Source: Patescibacteria group bacterium (GTDB taxonomy: Bacteria; Patescibacteriota; UBA1384; UBA12157; JAENIV01). From it: 64,000 bases of DNA. Location of the stretch: positions 2,401-66,400 of the forward strand of contig JBEKTP010000007.1 in NCBI GenBank assembly GCA_049515915.1. The letters are read 5' to 3'. The notes below the pieces were generated by a model. That model did not search any database. It saw nothing but the letters and a program-made list of their open reading frames with translations, and was not told the origin of the DNA. Of the stretch, positions 10,005 to 19,648 are shown one piece after another. Positions within the stretch are counted from its first letter, which is position 1. Every line of letters starts with the position of its first letter. The position numbers and the translations under genes were made by a program.

Positions 10005-11465
10005 TTAATTTGTCTTCTCTTTGAGTATGAGCGTTTGAGTGGCCGTAAGCAACCCAACCAAAATCCAAATGTAAATAATGTACAAAGTTGAAAAGAAATT
10101 ATACTGGACTAAAACGCCCACAAAAGCGGCAAAAAGTCCGATCAAAACCGCGCGCAAAAAAGGATCGCGGGCGTATTTTAAAGCCAAAAAGGTGCGATAG
10201 ATAAGGAAAACAATTAGTAAAGTAAAGGTGATGAGACCGAGCAGACCCGTCTCCGCTAAAACTTCAAGATATTCATTGTTAACCGTCTGCCACCCGCCAA
10301 CCGGCGGGGCGGGTGGGTAGTGGACAAGCCATGGTCCGTAGTTACCGATTCCCACGCCAAAATTCGGACTTTCGTGGTAAGCGTCAAGAGCAGCTTTATA
10401 AGTCACTAATCGACCCTGAACCGATTCTCCGGTGTAAAAATCCTGAATTAAAACATGGCTAATAAAATTATTGGTCGCTTGAGTGCTACCTTTTGAGAGC
10501 GCAAAGGCCACGCCGTAGCCGACGATGCCAATAACAACAATAAAAGTCAAAACATTTTTCCAAGTCACCACTTTTCGATAAAGAAGAATGACCAAAACAA
10601 TAAAAGCGACAGCCAAACCTACATAGGCACCGCGCGAGACGGTTAAAACAAAATCGAGCAAAAAGAGAATTAAAACGCCCACCCAAAGCCAATGGACCCG
10701 GCCTTGGTCGGTCATCTTTTCTCGGACAAAAATATTAATCTTATTGAAAAAGAGCGCCAAGCCGACAAAAATGGGGATCAAAAGAAAGTTGGCAAAATAC
10801 AACGGCTCTTCCGAAAAAGCTTGAATGCGAGGAAATCCAAACGTCGACGCGCCATAGCCGGCCTTAAGCAAAGTGATTGAATCAGGCAAGCCAATAAGGT
10901 TGCCGCCGAACTGGAAAAGCCCGAAAAGCCCGGCGATCACACTCGTCAAAAACAAAATCAGCAAGGTTTTACGGAGATTTTCCTTAGAACGGACCATATT
11001 GACGGTCAGGACCGAAAGAGCGATCGTAAAGAAAATAAAAAAGAGAACCGAATAAGCGCGAGACAAATTGTAGGCCTGCGTTAAGGAAATTAACATAGCC
11101 GAGCAAAAAAGAATGATCGGCACACTGATAGCGTAAGGCTGAACTTTGTATTTTTTAGCGTTAAACATCAGGGCCAAAATCCAGGCAAGAAGAGTGATAA
11201 AACCCAAGATAGTATTAATCTTGATATTGATGCCGCCAATCTCAAGCGAGGGAACACGCTCAAACGGTAAAAAGAAAACAATTAAATACCAGCCAAAATC
11301 AGGATTGCGAAAGATAAAGACCGCTAAAACGGCGGTGATAACCAAAGCGGCGGCTATCAGTGCTCCGAACGTTCCGAGTTTAGCTAACAAAACAATTATC
11401 AAGAAAGTGGCACCTAAAATTGCGACACCAACAAAGAGCTTTTCTTTTAGCGAAAGCTTATTCAT
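10005..11465 (-). CDS. Wzy_C / O-antigen-ligase-family membrane protein (second copy)
   Basis: 486 aa polytopic protein. The loop LTVSRGAYVGLAVAF matches the same motif class as the neighbouring Wzy_C gene. Confidence 0.6.
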   Translation of the reverse strand: MNKLSLKEKLFVGVAILGATFLIIVLLAKLGTFGALIAAALVITAVLAVFIFRNPDFGWYLIVFFLPFERVPSLEIGGINIKINTILGFITLLAWILALMFNAKKYKVQPYAISVPIILFCSAMLISLTQAYNLSRAYSVLFFIFFTIALSVLTVNMVRSKENLRKTLLILFLTSVIAGLFGLFQFGGNLIGLPDSITLLKAGYGASTFGFPRIQAFSEEPLYFANFLLIPIFVGLALFFNKINIFVREKMTDQGRVHWLWVGVLILFLLDFVLTVSRGAYVGLAVAFIVLVILLYRKVVTWKNVLTFIVVIGIVGYGVAFALSKGSTQATNNFISHVLIQDFYTGESVQGRLVTYKAALDAYHESPNFGVGIGNYGPWLVHYPPAPPVGGWQTVNNEYLEVLAETGLLGLITFTLLIVFLIYRTFLALKYARDPFLRAVLIGLFAAFVGVLVQYNFFSTLYIIYIWILVGLLTATQTLILKEKTN

Positions 11466-11516
11466 ATGGGTTAATTATACCCTTTTAAGGATATTTGGCA
11501 AGAGATTCTCCCCTTT

Positions 11517-12599
11517 TTATTCCGAGTACTTCTTGATGATGGCTTGATAAGCCGTATAGGCCTTCTTGGCAACTGTTGGCACACAGATTTTACCGTTTTT
11601 CTCGGATCCGTAGATTCCAAGATAAAGCGGATTGGTACTGAATGGATCGTCAAACAGAGAAAAAACATAAAAGCCCTTAATCCAATCTTTATGGGTATAA
11701 GCATATTCGGCCGTTTCAGAGATAAAGCTTGACTGAAGATCCTCGTTGACTTTGGTCATTTTACCGCCATTTGAAGGATCGGCGGCTGGCCAAGCATTAA
11801 CTTCGGTGAAAATCATCGGTTTGCCGTAGGATTTTAATTTGTCCGATTCTAATTGATTATTGGCGATTTTTTTGTCAGCAAAAGAGCCGCTCCATGAATA
11901 CCAATCCAAACCAATAATATCAAAAGGGACCTTGTCTCGTGTTAACATATCTAAATATGCTGTGTGGGTGCCGACGGTAGTGACCACTGTTTTAGCCGCC
12001 GGATCCCCTTCCGCGATTCCTTCAGCGGCACCCAAAAGAAAGTTTTTAATTTTGACGTATTTAGCGGGATCATAATCAGACTCACTTTGACCGTCGCTCG
12101 TCGGGGTTTTGGCAATCATAGCCGCGCCCTCATTGAGAAGTTGATAGTATTTGATTTCTCCCTTATAATAAGAGGAAATTTGCAGAGCATTGTTGTAACC
12201 GTTTTGATAGGTATCCATATTTTCCCAATCGCCGGTTGGCTCGATTACTAAAATTACATTAATGCCATTGTCCCAAAGGGCCTGAAGAACCTGATTTTCT
12301 CTAATATAAACCTTATTGCCGGCTTGATATTCCCAAGCAAAACGAACCCATTTGACGCCCAATTTTTTCATAATATCGATCTGCTCTTGCCAATTTTCAG
12401 CCGTAAAATCCCCTAAAGCGTTTGGCCCGGTATTGATTCCCCACTGAAAAGCGGTTGGGTCAGGTAGAGCAACCGTCGGAGTCGCACTGGGCGGAGAAGT
12501 TTTCGTTGCCCCCTTATTGACCAGAACTTGGTGAACGATAATTCCAATCACCGCTCCTAAAATAAGAACACCAACCAAGATAAAAATCACCTTTTTCAC
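11517..12599 (-). CDS. membrane-anchored clan GH-A (GH5-like) glycoside hydrolase
   Basis: N-terminal TM followed by a Pro/Thr linker. Candidate catalytic motifs are LLNEGA (acid/base) and IFTEVNAW (nucleophile) in a TIM-barrel-like sequence. Confidence 0.5.
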   Translation of the reverse strand: MKKVIFILVGVLILGAVIGIIVHQVLVNKGATKTSPPSATPTVALPDPTAFQWGINTGPNALGDFTAENWQEQIDIMKKLGVKWVRFAWEYQAGNKVYIRENQVLQALWDNGINVILVIEPTGDWENMDTYQNGYNNALQISSYYKGEIKYYQLLNEGAAMIAKTPTSDGQSESDYDPAKYVKIKNFLLGAAEGIAEGDPAAKTVVTTVGTHTAYLDMLTRDKVPFDIIGLDWYSWSGSFADKKIANNQLESDKLKSYGKPMIFTEVNAWPAADPSNGGKMTKVNEDLQSSFISETAEYAYTHKDWIKGFYVFSLFDDPFSTNPLYLGIYGSEKNGKICVPTVAKKAYTAYQAIIKKYSE

Positions 12600-12646
12600 A
12601 AAAAACCTCCCTTTTAAAAACTATCTCGGATTTTTTAATGTCTTTT

Positions 12647-13768
12647 CTATTTTACCAAACTTTGGAACAACTTTAAAACTTCACGGGCCGAATCTGGCCA
12701 ATTAAATTTTTTGGCCCAAATTTCTGCTTGCTGGCCCAGTTTTTGAGCTTCGTCTTGATACTCCAAGAGACGCTCTAAAGCGCTGGAAATTTCTTTTGGT
12801 TCGTTAGGATTAACCAACAAAGCCGCTTTTCCGGCTGCTTCGGGCAGGGAAGACAAATTGGAGGTCACGACCGGCAAGCCAAAATGCATCGCTTCCGTCA
12901 CGGGTAAACCAAAACCCTCGTAAAGCGAAGGATAACAAAAGACCGCCGCCTCCTTATACAATTTGGCCAAAACTTTGTCGGTGGTAAAGCCTAAAAATTT
13001 GATTTTGTCGGAAAGATTTAATTGCTCGACAAGTTCAAAAATAGGACCCACATTCCACCCTTTGGCACCGACGATTACCAAAGGATATTTTTCTTTCAAA
13101 GCGCGTGGCAGCAAAGCGTAGGCCTTAAAAAGACCGCTTAAATTTTTTCGCGGTTCAACCGTCCCGACCGAAAGAATATATGATTTAGCAACGAGCTTAC
13201 CCGGCAGTTCGGCAGCGGGAGCGGGAAATTCCGTCACCCCCGGATAAATAACAACAATTTTTTCTTCGTTGATTTTTAAAATCTCGACGATATCTTTTTT
13301 GGTATGCTTCGAAATGGCGATAATCTTCGTCGCCTTCCGGCACGCTTCATGTGTCCATTTATTAAAATAAGGGGCTAACTTTTCACCTAAATGCTCAGGA
13401 TATTTAAAAGTGGATAAATCATGAATGACCACCACTTGAGGAATTTTTAGATTGGCGATAACGTCCAAAAAAGTGGGCGCTAAATAGATATCGGCATCCT
13501 CTAAGAATTTAGAAGCGATCGGCGCCTTCGAATGCCAAACGGCCTCCTTAAGTTTACCCGGCAGTTTCAGGTATTTGATTTTAACGTTTGGGCGCTCATA
13601 AAGTTTCATAATCTCTTTTTTGGCTTTTTCGCCCCGAAAAAAGACGCCAAGTAAAAGATATTCGTTTTGCCGATCAAGCTGGAGCAACGATTTGATTAAA
13701 TCAGCAGTATAGCGGCCAACGCCGGCTTTCTCGTTGGCGATCCGCGAAGCGTCAATGGCAATTTTCAT
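12647..13768 (-). CDS. glycosyltransferase family 4
   Basis: [14 protein letters not shown] motif. I moved the start to the internal ATG at 13766-13768 (MKIAIDASR), giving an ATGA overlap with the upstream gene. The track ORF extends to 13831. Confidence 0.8.
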   Translation of the reverse strand: MKIAIDASRIANEKAGVGRYTADLIKSLLQLDRQNEYLLLGVFFRGEKAKKEIMKLYERPNVKIKYLKLPGKLKEAVWHSKAPIASKFLEDADIYLAPTFLDVIANLKIPQVVVIHDLSTFKYPEHLGEKLAPYFNKWTHEACRKATKIIAISKHTKKDIVEILKINEEKIVVIYPGVTEFPAPAAELPGKLVAKSYILSVGTVEPRKNLSGLFKAYALLPRALKEKYPLVIVGAKGWNVGPIFELVEQLNLSDKIKFLGFTTDKVLAKLYKEAAVFCYPSLYEGFGLPVTEAMHFGLPVVTSNLSSLPEAAGKAALLVNPNEPKEISSALERLLEYQDEAQKLGQQAEIWAKKFNWPDSAREVLKLFQSLVK

Positions 13769-14922
13769 CTGGTTTCTCCTTGATAAACTTCTTTGTAGAT
13801 TTCGAGTGTTTCTCGAGCGCACTTTTCCCACGAAAACTTTTCGGCTTGATTTAACCCTTGTTTGATCAGCTTTTGGCGATATTCTGGCTCATCGACAATT
13901 CTCATTATCTCTTCAACCCAGGCATTGATATTTTGAGGATCGATTAAAACGCCGCCTTCGCCCATCACTTCCGGCAAAGACGAAGTGTTCGACGAAACCA
14001 CTGGCGTTCCGCAAGCCATCGCTTGCAAAAGCGGCAGGCCAAAACCTTCGAGTAAACTAGGAAAGATCAGCATCTCGGCCGCTTGAAAGTATAAAGGTAA
14101 TTCCTCGTCTTTTTCAAGATAACCGGTGAAAATGATTTTATCAGCCACGCCTGTCTTCTTAGCCAAATTGATTAAGCGCTCACTTTCGGAGCCGGTTTTG
14201 CCAACAATGACCAGCTTAATATTTTCATCAGATTTTTTTAAAAATTTTTCAAAAATTTCCAATAAAAAATCCAAATTTTTTCTCGGTTCGTGATCAATAA
14301 AACTGCCAATATAAAATAAATACTTTTTTGCTCTGTTTTTTAATAAATTTTGGCGAAACTTTTCAACTTTTTTGGGATCTTCGGCTAGCCGAAATATATC
14401 TCGATCAAATCCGTCATAAATAATCTTAATTTTACCCGGATCAACTTTTAAAAACTCGATCAAATCGTTTTTGACATAATAAGAGATCGCAATAATTTTA
14501 TCTGCTCTTTTGAGCGGCCAAGTTTTGATGGAATTTTTCCAATTTTTCTGGCCACCTTTGAGTTGAAACAAATCATTAACCGTCACAATTGTTTTGGCGC
14601 CTTTAATCATCGGGCAAGAAAGCTGGTCTAAAAAATGGACAAGATCAATTTTATTTTTTCGGATCGCCCGGGGCAAACTATACTGATCTTTAGACCAGTT
14701 ATAGCGAGTTGGATCGGCTGTCTGACGAACCAATACATCCTGATATTTAAAAGCCTGAGGCACAATTTGGGAAGCATCGCTCGGTGATTTTTGAGTGAAA
14801 AAAAGATACTCGTTTTCTTTATCGAGCCGGGCAATGTTTTTAAGTAAATTTCGAGCGTAAGTGCCAATCCCCCGGAAGCGATGACCGGTCTCCAGCGCCC
14901 GTGTATCTATACCAATTCTCAT
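13765..14922 (-). CDS. glycosyltransferase family 4
   Basis: SLLEGFGLPLLQAMACGTPVVSSNTSSLPE motif. Confidence 0.8.
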   Translation of the reverse strand: MRIGIDTRALETGHRFRGIGTYARNLLKNIARLDKENEYLFFTQKSPSDASQIVPQAFKYQDVLVRQTADPTRYNWSKDQYSLPRAIRKNKIDLVHFLDQLSCPMIKGAKTIVTVNDLFQLKGGQKNWKNSIKTWPLKRADKIIAISYYVKNDLIEFLKVDPGKIKIIYDGFDRDIFRLAEDPKKVEKFRQNLLKNRAKKYLFYIGSFIDHEPRKNLDFLLEIFEKFLKKSDENIKLVIVGKTGSESERLINLAKKTGVADKIIFTGYLEKDEELPLYFQAAEMLIFPSLLEGFGLPLLQAMACGTPVVSSNTSSLPEVMGEGGVLIDPQNINAWVEEIMRIVDEPEYRQKLIKQGLNQAEKFSWEKCARETLEIYKEVYQGETR

Positions 14923-14982
14923 AATAGCGTTTGGGATAATAGCATTTAGAGCGATAGTAAAAGACTAAACGCTGCCACCCTA

Positions 14983-16059
14983 TTACCCTTCTCTTAAAAC
15001 TTTTCCATAAACTTCAATCGTTTTTCGGGCCGTTTCCTCCCACGAAAACTTTTTGGCCTGCCTCAGCCCCCAACCGCTCATCGTCTTGGCTAAACCTTTG
15101 TCTTTAAGGACTTTGACGATGCTTTTGGCCCAAAGCATCTCATCGTGTGGTGAAATTAAAATGCCGGCCTGGTCGATTACTTCCGGCATTGAGGAAGTGG
15201 TTGATGAAACCACCGGCGTCCCACAAGCCATCGCTTCCAGCGGCGGCAAACCAAAACCCTCATATAAACTCGGAAAGACAAAAGCCTTCGCGCCCGAATA
15301 AAGCGCGGGCATATCGTCGTCGGCGACATAACCGGTAAAGATGACCTTCTTTTCCAGATGAAGATCAGTAACCAGCCGAAAAAGATCATCATAATACCAG
15401 CCCTTTTTCCCAGTAATGACTAAATTAGAATCGATCCCTTCGCGCCGCGCCAGCGCAAAAGCTCTCACTAAAAAAGGCAAATTTTTGCGAGGTTCAATCG
15501 TCGAAACATGTAAAATATAATCTGGACTTGTTTTGTACCTGCGTTGGACTTTTTTGATTTTTTTGCTCTGCCTGATCGGCCTAAAATCCTTTGACGCGGC
15601 TAAATGAATGACGGTAATTTTTTCTTCAGGGATTTTTAAGAGTGAGATAATGTCTTTTTTGGTATGTTCAGAGCTGGCAATAATGATATCCGCTGCCCGG
15701 TATGAATACGGCATCCAGCGGGAATAAAAAAGCCGCGAAAAAAGCGGCAGGTTTTGCGGGAAGAAAACGGAAATCAGATCGTGGCAAGTGACGACAATTT
15801 TACCTTTGTAAAACACGGGCGCTGAAAAACAAGGTTGATGAATCAAATCTACCCGTTCTTTTCTGGCTTGCCGGGGAAAACCTACTTGATCCCACCACCA
15901 GCGCTCGGGCGTGGAAAGATCTTTTTTAGAACGGGGCGAAATTAAAAGATATTCGTTTTTCAGGCCAACTTTCGAAAGATTCTCGACCAGATTTTTCACG
16001 TAGAAACCAAAACCCGACTTTTGACCAAGAGTCGTTTGGGTGTCAATGGCTATTTTCAT
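14983..16059 (-). CDS. glycosyltransferase family 4
   Basis: [30 protein letters not shown] motif. Confidence 0.8.
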   Translation of the reverse strand: MKIAIDTQTTLGQKSGFGFYVKNLVENLSKVGLKNEYLLISPRSKKDLSTPERWWWDQVGFPRQARKERVDLIHQPCFSAPVFYKGKIVVTCHDLISVFFPQNLPLFSRLFYSRWMPYSYRAADIIIASSEHTKKDIISLLKIPEEKITVIHLAASKDFRPIRQSKKIKKVQRRYKTSPDYILHVSTIEPRKNLPFLVRAFALARREGIDSNLVITGKKGWYYDDLFRLVTDLHLEKKVIFTGYVADDDMPALYSGAKAFVFPSLYEGFGLPPLEAMACGTPVVSSTTSSMPEVIDQAGILISPHDEMLWAKSIVKVLKDKGLAKTMSGWGLRQAKKFSWEETARKTIEVYGKVLREG

Positions 16060-17519
16060 CGGTTTTCTCTTTCAAAAAGGATCAGCAATTCTTGTTTTTT
16101 CAGCGCCCCCACCACCCAAAGAGAAAGGGCGTAGATGATGGCCGCCAGCGGAATAAGAACTATTAAGTTAAAATTATTAGCAAAAAAGTACAAGAATGTT
16201 CCCATAATTAAACCGCCAAACAAAACCTGCCAAATAATTTTTAAATTAAGTTTAATGGCTAAATATTGATGAGCGATATACCACGAAAAAAACAAGACCA
16301 GGACCTCTGTTAGAACCGTATCGATGGCGGCGCCAATGTATGAAATTCGGGGAATTAAAATCAAATTCATACCGACATTGAAAACAACCAAAAATAAATA
16401 AGGCGCAATCAATTTAGCTTGTTTCCCGACCGCAATAATTAGATAGCCGAACATACTCGAAATAAAAGATAAACAAATGGCAATCACTAAAATTTGCAAG
16501 GCCGTCGGCGAAGTGGCTGCCAAACCGAAAACCGGCGGAATAGTGTGAGCCTTGACAAAGTTTTCGCCCGCGACAATCCGGATAATCCTCGTCGCCGTAA
16601 AAATTACCCCTAAAATAATTGGCAAACCTAAAATAACTAAAAAGTTAAAAGATTTTTGAATCGCCCCGGCTAATCTTTCGTCATTTTGATAAATATATTT
16701 GGTCACGATTGGGAAAACATTACCCATAAACATGGCGGGCAAGAGCAGCAAGATTTCTAAAACTTTGTAAGGCGGGCCATAAATACCCACGTCCCGTGAA
16801 GTTCTCATTAAAGAGAGCATAAAAGTATCGATTTTAAAGTAAATTAAACCCAAGACTAAGACAATGCCCATCGGCACCGCCTCGGCAAAAAGTTTTCGCC
16901 AATAATCGAAGTCAAAACGGAGTCGAAAACGGATAAAGACCCGGCCCAAATAGGCGCTCATGGCAAAGTTAATGAAGTTGCCGACGGTGTAAGCCCAAAG
17001 GATAGAGCTTAGTCCAAGGTGAAGTTTAATTAAATAGAGAGTGATGATTAAAATAATGGCTCGTGAACTCGCGTCGGTAATGGCCGCTTTATCCATCCGG
17101 AGTCTATTCTGAAAAATACCCACGTAAGTGGAATTCAAAGACAAAAATAAAGAAGCGAGCGCAACAACACCAATCCCCCACTTAAAAGCCGCGTATTGCG
17201 GAATAAAAATTCCAATCAAAAACGATAGAGTAAAAACCAAGATGCCGATAATCGTTCGTAAGGTCAAAATATTAGAAGCGGTGGTATCGACATCTGTTCC
17301 CGGTTTAGCAATTTCTCTTACTAAGATCCAAAAAAAGCCGAAGTCAGCCATCACGGCAAAAAACTGGACAAAGGCAAAAATCGTGGTGTATTGCCCGTAA
17401 CCCGAAACGCCCAAATACCGCGTTAAAGCAGCCACCAAGAAAAGAGAGATAATGGTGGTAATTACCTTCCCGATAATTTGAACTAAAGTATTGTAAGCAA
17501 CCGCCCGCGTATAAGACAT
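16056..17519 (-). CDS. Wzx-type oligosaccharide flippase (MOP superfamily, Polysacc_synt)
   Basis: 487 aa with 12-14 TM. The N-terminus AYNTLVQIIGKVITTIISLFLVAALTRYLG is typical of Wzx. Confidence 0.7.
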   Translation of the reverse strand: MSYTRAVAYNTLVQIIGKVITTIISLFLVAALTRYLGVSGYGQYTTIFAFVQFFAVMADFGFFWILVREIAKPGTDVDTTASNILTLRTIIGILVFTLSFLIGIFIPQYAAFKWGIGVVALASLFLSLNSTYVGIFQNRLRMDKAAITDASSRAIILIITLYLIKLHLGLSSILWAYTVGNFINFAMSAYLGRVFIRFRLRFDFDYWRKLFAEAVPMGIVLVLGLIYFKIDTFMLSLMRTSRDVGIYGPPYKVLEILLLLPAMFMGNVFPIVTKYIYQNDERLAGAIQKSFNFLVILGLPIILGVIFTATRIIRIVAGENFVKAHTIPPVFGLAATSPTALQILVIAICLSFISSMFGYLIIAVGKQAKLIAPYLFLVVFNVGMNLILIPRISYIGAAIDTVLTEVLVLFFSWYIAHQYLAIKLNLKIIWQVLFGGLIMGTFLYFFANNFNLIVLIPLAAIIYALSLWVVGALKKQELLILFERENR

Positions 17520-17593
17520 AACTAAAAATTACGGAGCTAAATCGCCTCAATCTTATCAAATATCTGTTAGCTTTGGTAGAGCTCTGATAGAAT

Positions 17594-18613
17594 ATGGCTA
17601 TGAATCAAAAAAGAATTGCTTGGATTGACACGGCTAAAGGAATTGGCATCAGCCTGGTCGTTTTTGGCCACGATACTCTTTCTATCCCTCTTTTGACTTT
17701 CATCTATTCTTTTCACATACCCTTATTCTTCTTTCTTTCCGGATATTTGTTTTCGACTAAAAAATATCCTAAATTTGGGCCCTTTTTGATGAGAAAAGTT
17801 CAAACTCTCGTGATTCCCTATTTTCTTTTTGTTCTGATTCTTTACCTCTATTGGGTCTTTGTCGCCCGCCATTTTGGCGCTCAAACCGAGAACAACGTTT
17901 CGCTCCTTCAGCCTCTTTGGGGTGCGCTCTACGGTTCGAACAAGCTGACCGATATTTTTGTGGCTTTGTGGTTTATTAACTGTCTCTTTCTTACCAGCCT
18001 CATCTTTTATTGGTTTAAACGCATTTTTAAGAACTATGCGATCATTATTGCCTTAATCTTATCAATTATCGGATTCTGGCTCAGTCGTCATTTAAGTTTC
18101 CGCCTGCCGTGGAGCTTAGATACGGCCATGCTGGCCATTCTATTTTATGGGGCAGGGCATGAAATAAAGCAGGCTGAGATTCTTAAAAAAATATCCCAAC
18201 ATCTTTCGAAATATCGCCTCATTATTTATAGCCTCATTTTTTTAGGTTTCAATCTTCTCCTAAGCCGATTGAACGGACGGGTGGATATGTTCACGAATTA
18301 TTATGGTAATTATTTTCTTTTTTATTTGGCTGCCTTCGCCGGAATCATCTTGATCGTTTTCGTCGCGATGTTATTGGATAAAAATCGCCTTCTTGAGTTT
18401 TTGGGTCAAAATTCTCTTTATATCTTCGCTTTCCATCCGGTGGCCCTGGGTATTTTAAAATTTATTTTTTCTCACCTTTATTCACCTTTAGCCGAAGGAA
18501 ATTTAATGTCGGCCGTTACTTTGACCCTGACCTGCCTTCTCGGATTAGGAATCTTAATCTATGCAATTAGAAAATGGATGCCCCTAAATTTGCAAAAAAT
18601 CGGATTTTCTTAA
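17594..18613 (+). CDS. acyltransferase family 3 membrane O-acyltransferase
   Basis: IAWIDTAKGIGISLVVFGH with about 10 TM, the hallmark of the Acyl_transf_3 family. Confidence 0.75.
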   Translation: MAMNQKRIAWIDTAKGIGISLVVFGHDTLSIPLLTFIYSFHIPLFFFLSGYLFSTKKYPKFGPFLMRKVQTLVIPYFLFVLILYLYWVFVARHFGAQTENNVSLLQPLWGALYGSNKLTDIFVALWFINCLFLTSLIFYWFKRIFKNYAIIIALILSIIGFWLSRHLSFRLPWSLDTAMLAILFYGAGHEIKQAEILKKISQHLSKYRLIIYSLIFLGFNLLLSRLNGRVDMFTNYYGNYFLFYLAAFAGIILIVFVAMLLDKNRLLEFLGQNSLYIFAFHPVALGILKFIFSHLYSPLAEGNLMSAVTLTLTCLLGLGILIYAIRKWMPLNLQKIGFS

Positions 18614-18616
18614 AAA

Positions 18617-18689
18617 CGCGCCTAAGAGGATTCGAACCTCTGACCTTCAGCTCCGCAAGCTGACGCTCTATCCACTGAGCTACAGGCGC
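18617..18689 (-). tRNA. tRNA-Arg (anticodon GCG as read)
   Basis: Reverse complement folds as a cloverleaf: GCGCCTG acceptor, GCTC/GAGC D-stem, TCAGC-TTGCGGA-GCTGA anticodon arm, TTCGAAT T-loop. No CCA is encoded. Confidence 0.75.
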
Positions 18690-18797
18690 ATGACAATAAA
18701 ATTTTATTCTATTTTCTCTTAAAAATCAACTAAGTGCACTACTTCATCACATCTTTATTTCTACCTGACAATTTGGTAAAATAAGGTCAGAAACCCT

Positions 18798-18887
18798 GGA
18801 GAGTTGGCAGAGTGGACGATTGCGCCTGTCCTGAAAACAGGTATCGTTGCAAGACGATCGCAGGTTCGAATCCTGCACTCTCCGCCA
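18798..18887 (+). tRNA. tRNA-Ser (class II; anticodon UGA as read)
   Basis: GGAGAGT acceptor, a long variable stem-loop (ATCGT..ACGAT), a GGTTCGAATCC T-arm and an encoded CCA. The anticodon loop reads CCTGAAA. Confidence 0.7.
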
Positions 18888-18912
18888 GTTTTAGTGTATG
18901 ATGTTTGTACGG

Positions 18913-19005
18913 GGTGAGGTCGCATAGTTGGCCGATTGCGGAAGTTCGCTAAACTTCTAGAGGGCATTTGTCCTCTCGTGGGTTCGAATCCCACCCTCAC
19001 CGCCA
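18913..19005 (+). tRNA. tRNA-Ser (class II; anticodon GCU as read)
   Basis: GGTGAGG acceptor pairing with CCTCACC, a long variable arm, a GGTTCGAATCC T-arm and an encoded CCA. The anticodon loop reads TCGCTAA. Confidence 0.7.
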
Positions 19006-19020
19006 AATGAGACAGGATAA

Positions 19021-19335
19021 TTGTTGGATTCTATGAAAAAAACCTTTTACTTAAAAAAATTAAATATTGTTTTGGCGACTCGAGATTTTGCTAATTTTGC
19101 AGTTGAATCGGCTAAAGATCAAAAAAGTAATGAGATTTCTTTTCGAGAAATAGAATCCGTTTCTCGCTCTTTTCTTGATGAACTATATATATTATGTCAG
19201 AAAAATCGTATTAATATCATCGAAGTTCCTGAAAATTTAACTCCTCTATACGATGTTATTAAAAAATCTCATCAAGATCAGGTTTTGTATGCGCCTAAAA
19301 TAAGAGTCAATGTTTCTGATAAAACATTTGCTTAA
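19021..19335 (+). CDS. hypothetical protein (possibly STAS/DUF4325-like)
   Basis: 104 aa soluble ORF immediately downstream of the tRNA-Ser gene. It lies inside a segment bounded by a 13-bp direct repeat of the tRNA 3' end. Confidence 0.35.
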   Translation: MLDSMKKTFYLKKLNIVLATRDFANFAVESAKDQKSNEISFREIESVSRSFLDELYILCQKNRINIIEVPENLTPLYDVIKKSHQDQVLYAPKIRVNVSDKTFA

Positions 19336-19419
19336 TCAAATCCTTTGATCTATTGATTAAATGCTTGTCTTAACTGGTCAAGCCAGGCTAAAAGGTGTTT
19401 GAATGGAAGTGCATCCAGC

Positions 19420-19432
19420 CCGCCAAATGAGA
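19420..19432 (+). repeat. 13-bp direct repeat of the tRNA-Ser 3' end (ccgccaaatgaga; first copy at 19000-19012)
   Basis: Exact duplication seen in the sequence. This pattern is typical of att sites left by tRNA-targeting integrative elements. Confidence 0.5.
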
Positions 19433-19516
19433 TGCAATTACCTTGCAAATCAAGAACTGTGACAAAAAGATCGGCTTGACAGACTCCCAAATCCGCTCTT
19501 AAATTGTATCAGCGGT

Positions 19517-19538
19517 CTGTATCAGCGAGCTGATACAG
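19517..19538. repeat. perfect palindrome ctgtatcagc-ga-gctgatacag, preceded by a direct copy of tgtatcagcg
   Basis: Seen in the sequence. It is followed by an A-run rather than a T-run, so it is not a plus-strand terminator. Confidence 0.5.
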
Positions 19539-19564
19539 AAAAAACAAAACTCAGGCAAAAAACA

Positions 19565-19648
19565 ATGACCCAAACAATCACTCCAAAACAAAAAGAAATC
19601 CTCCAATACCTCTATCAATACCGATTCCTCAATAGAATACAGATCTAA
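19565..19648 (+). pseudogene. truncated N-terminal fragment (27 aa) of a wHTH mobile-element protein (replication-relaxation-like?)
   Basis: MTQTITPKQKEILQYLYQYRFLNRIQI then stop. It resembles the N-terminal winged-helix segment of plasmid/ICE proteins. It sits in a 560-bp non-coding stretch. Confidence 0.25.

Noticed and set aside
17520-17593. Possible -10 element TAGAAT just upstream of the acyltransferase start
   Set aside because: It lies only about 5 nt from the first ATG, too close for a conventional leader. The true start may be the second ATG or the transcript may be leaderless. It is not reported as a feature.
18761-19006. 81-aa minus-strand ORF from the track
   Set aside because: It lies entirely over the two tRNA-Ser genes and is spurious.
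19517-19538. Palindrome as a rho-independent terminator
   Set aside because: It is followed by an A-run, not a T-run, on the plus strand, and no convergent gene ends there. It is more likely a protein-binding site or element remnant.
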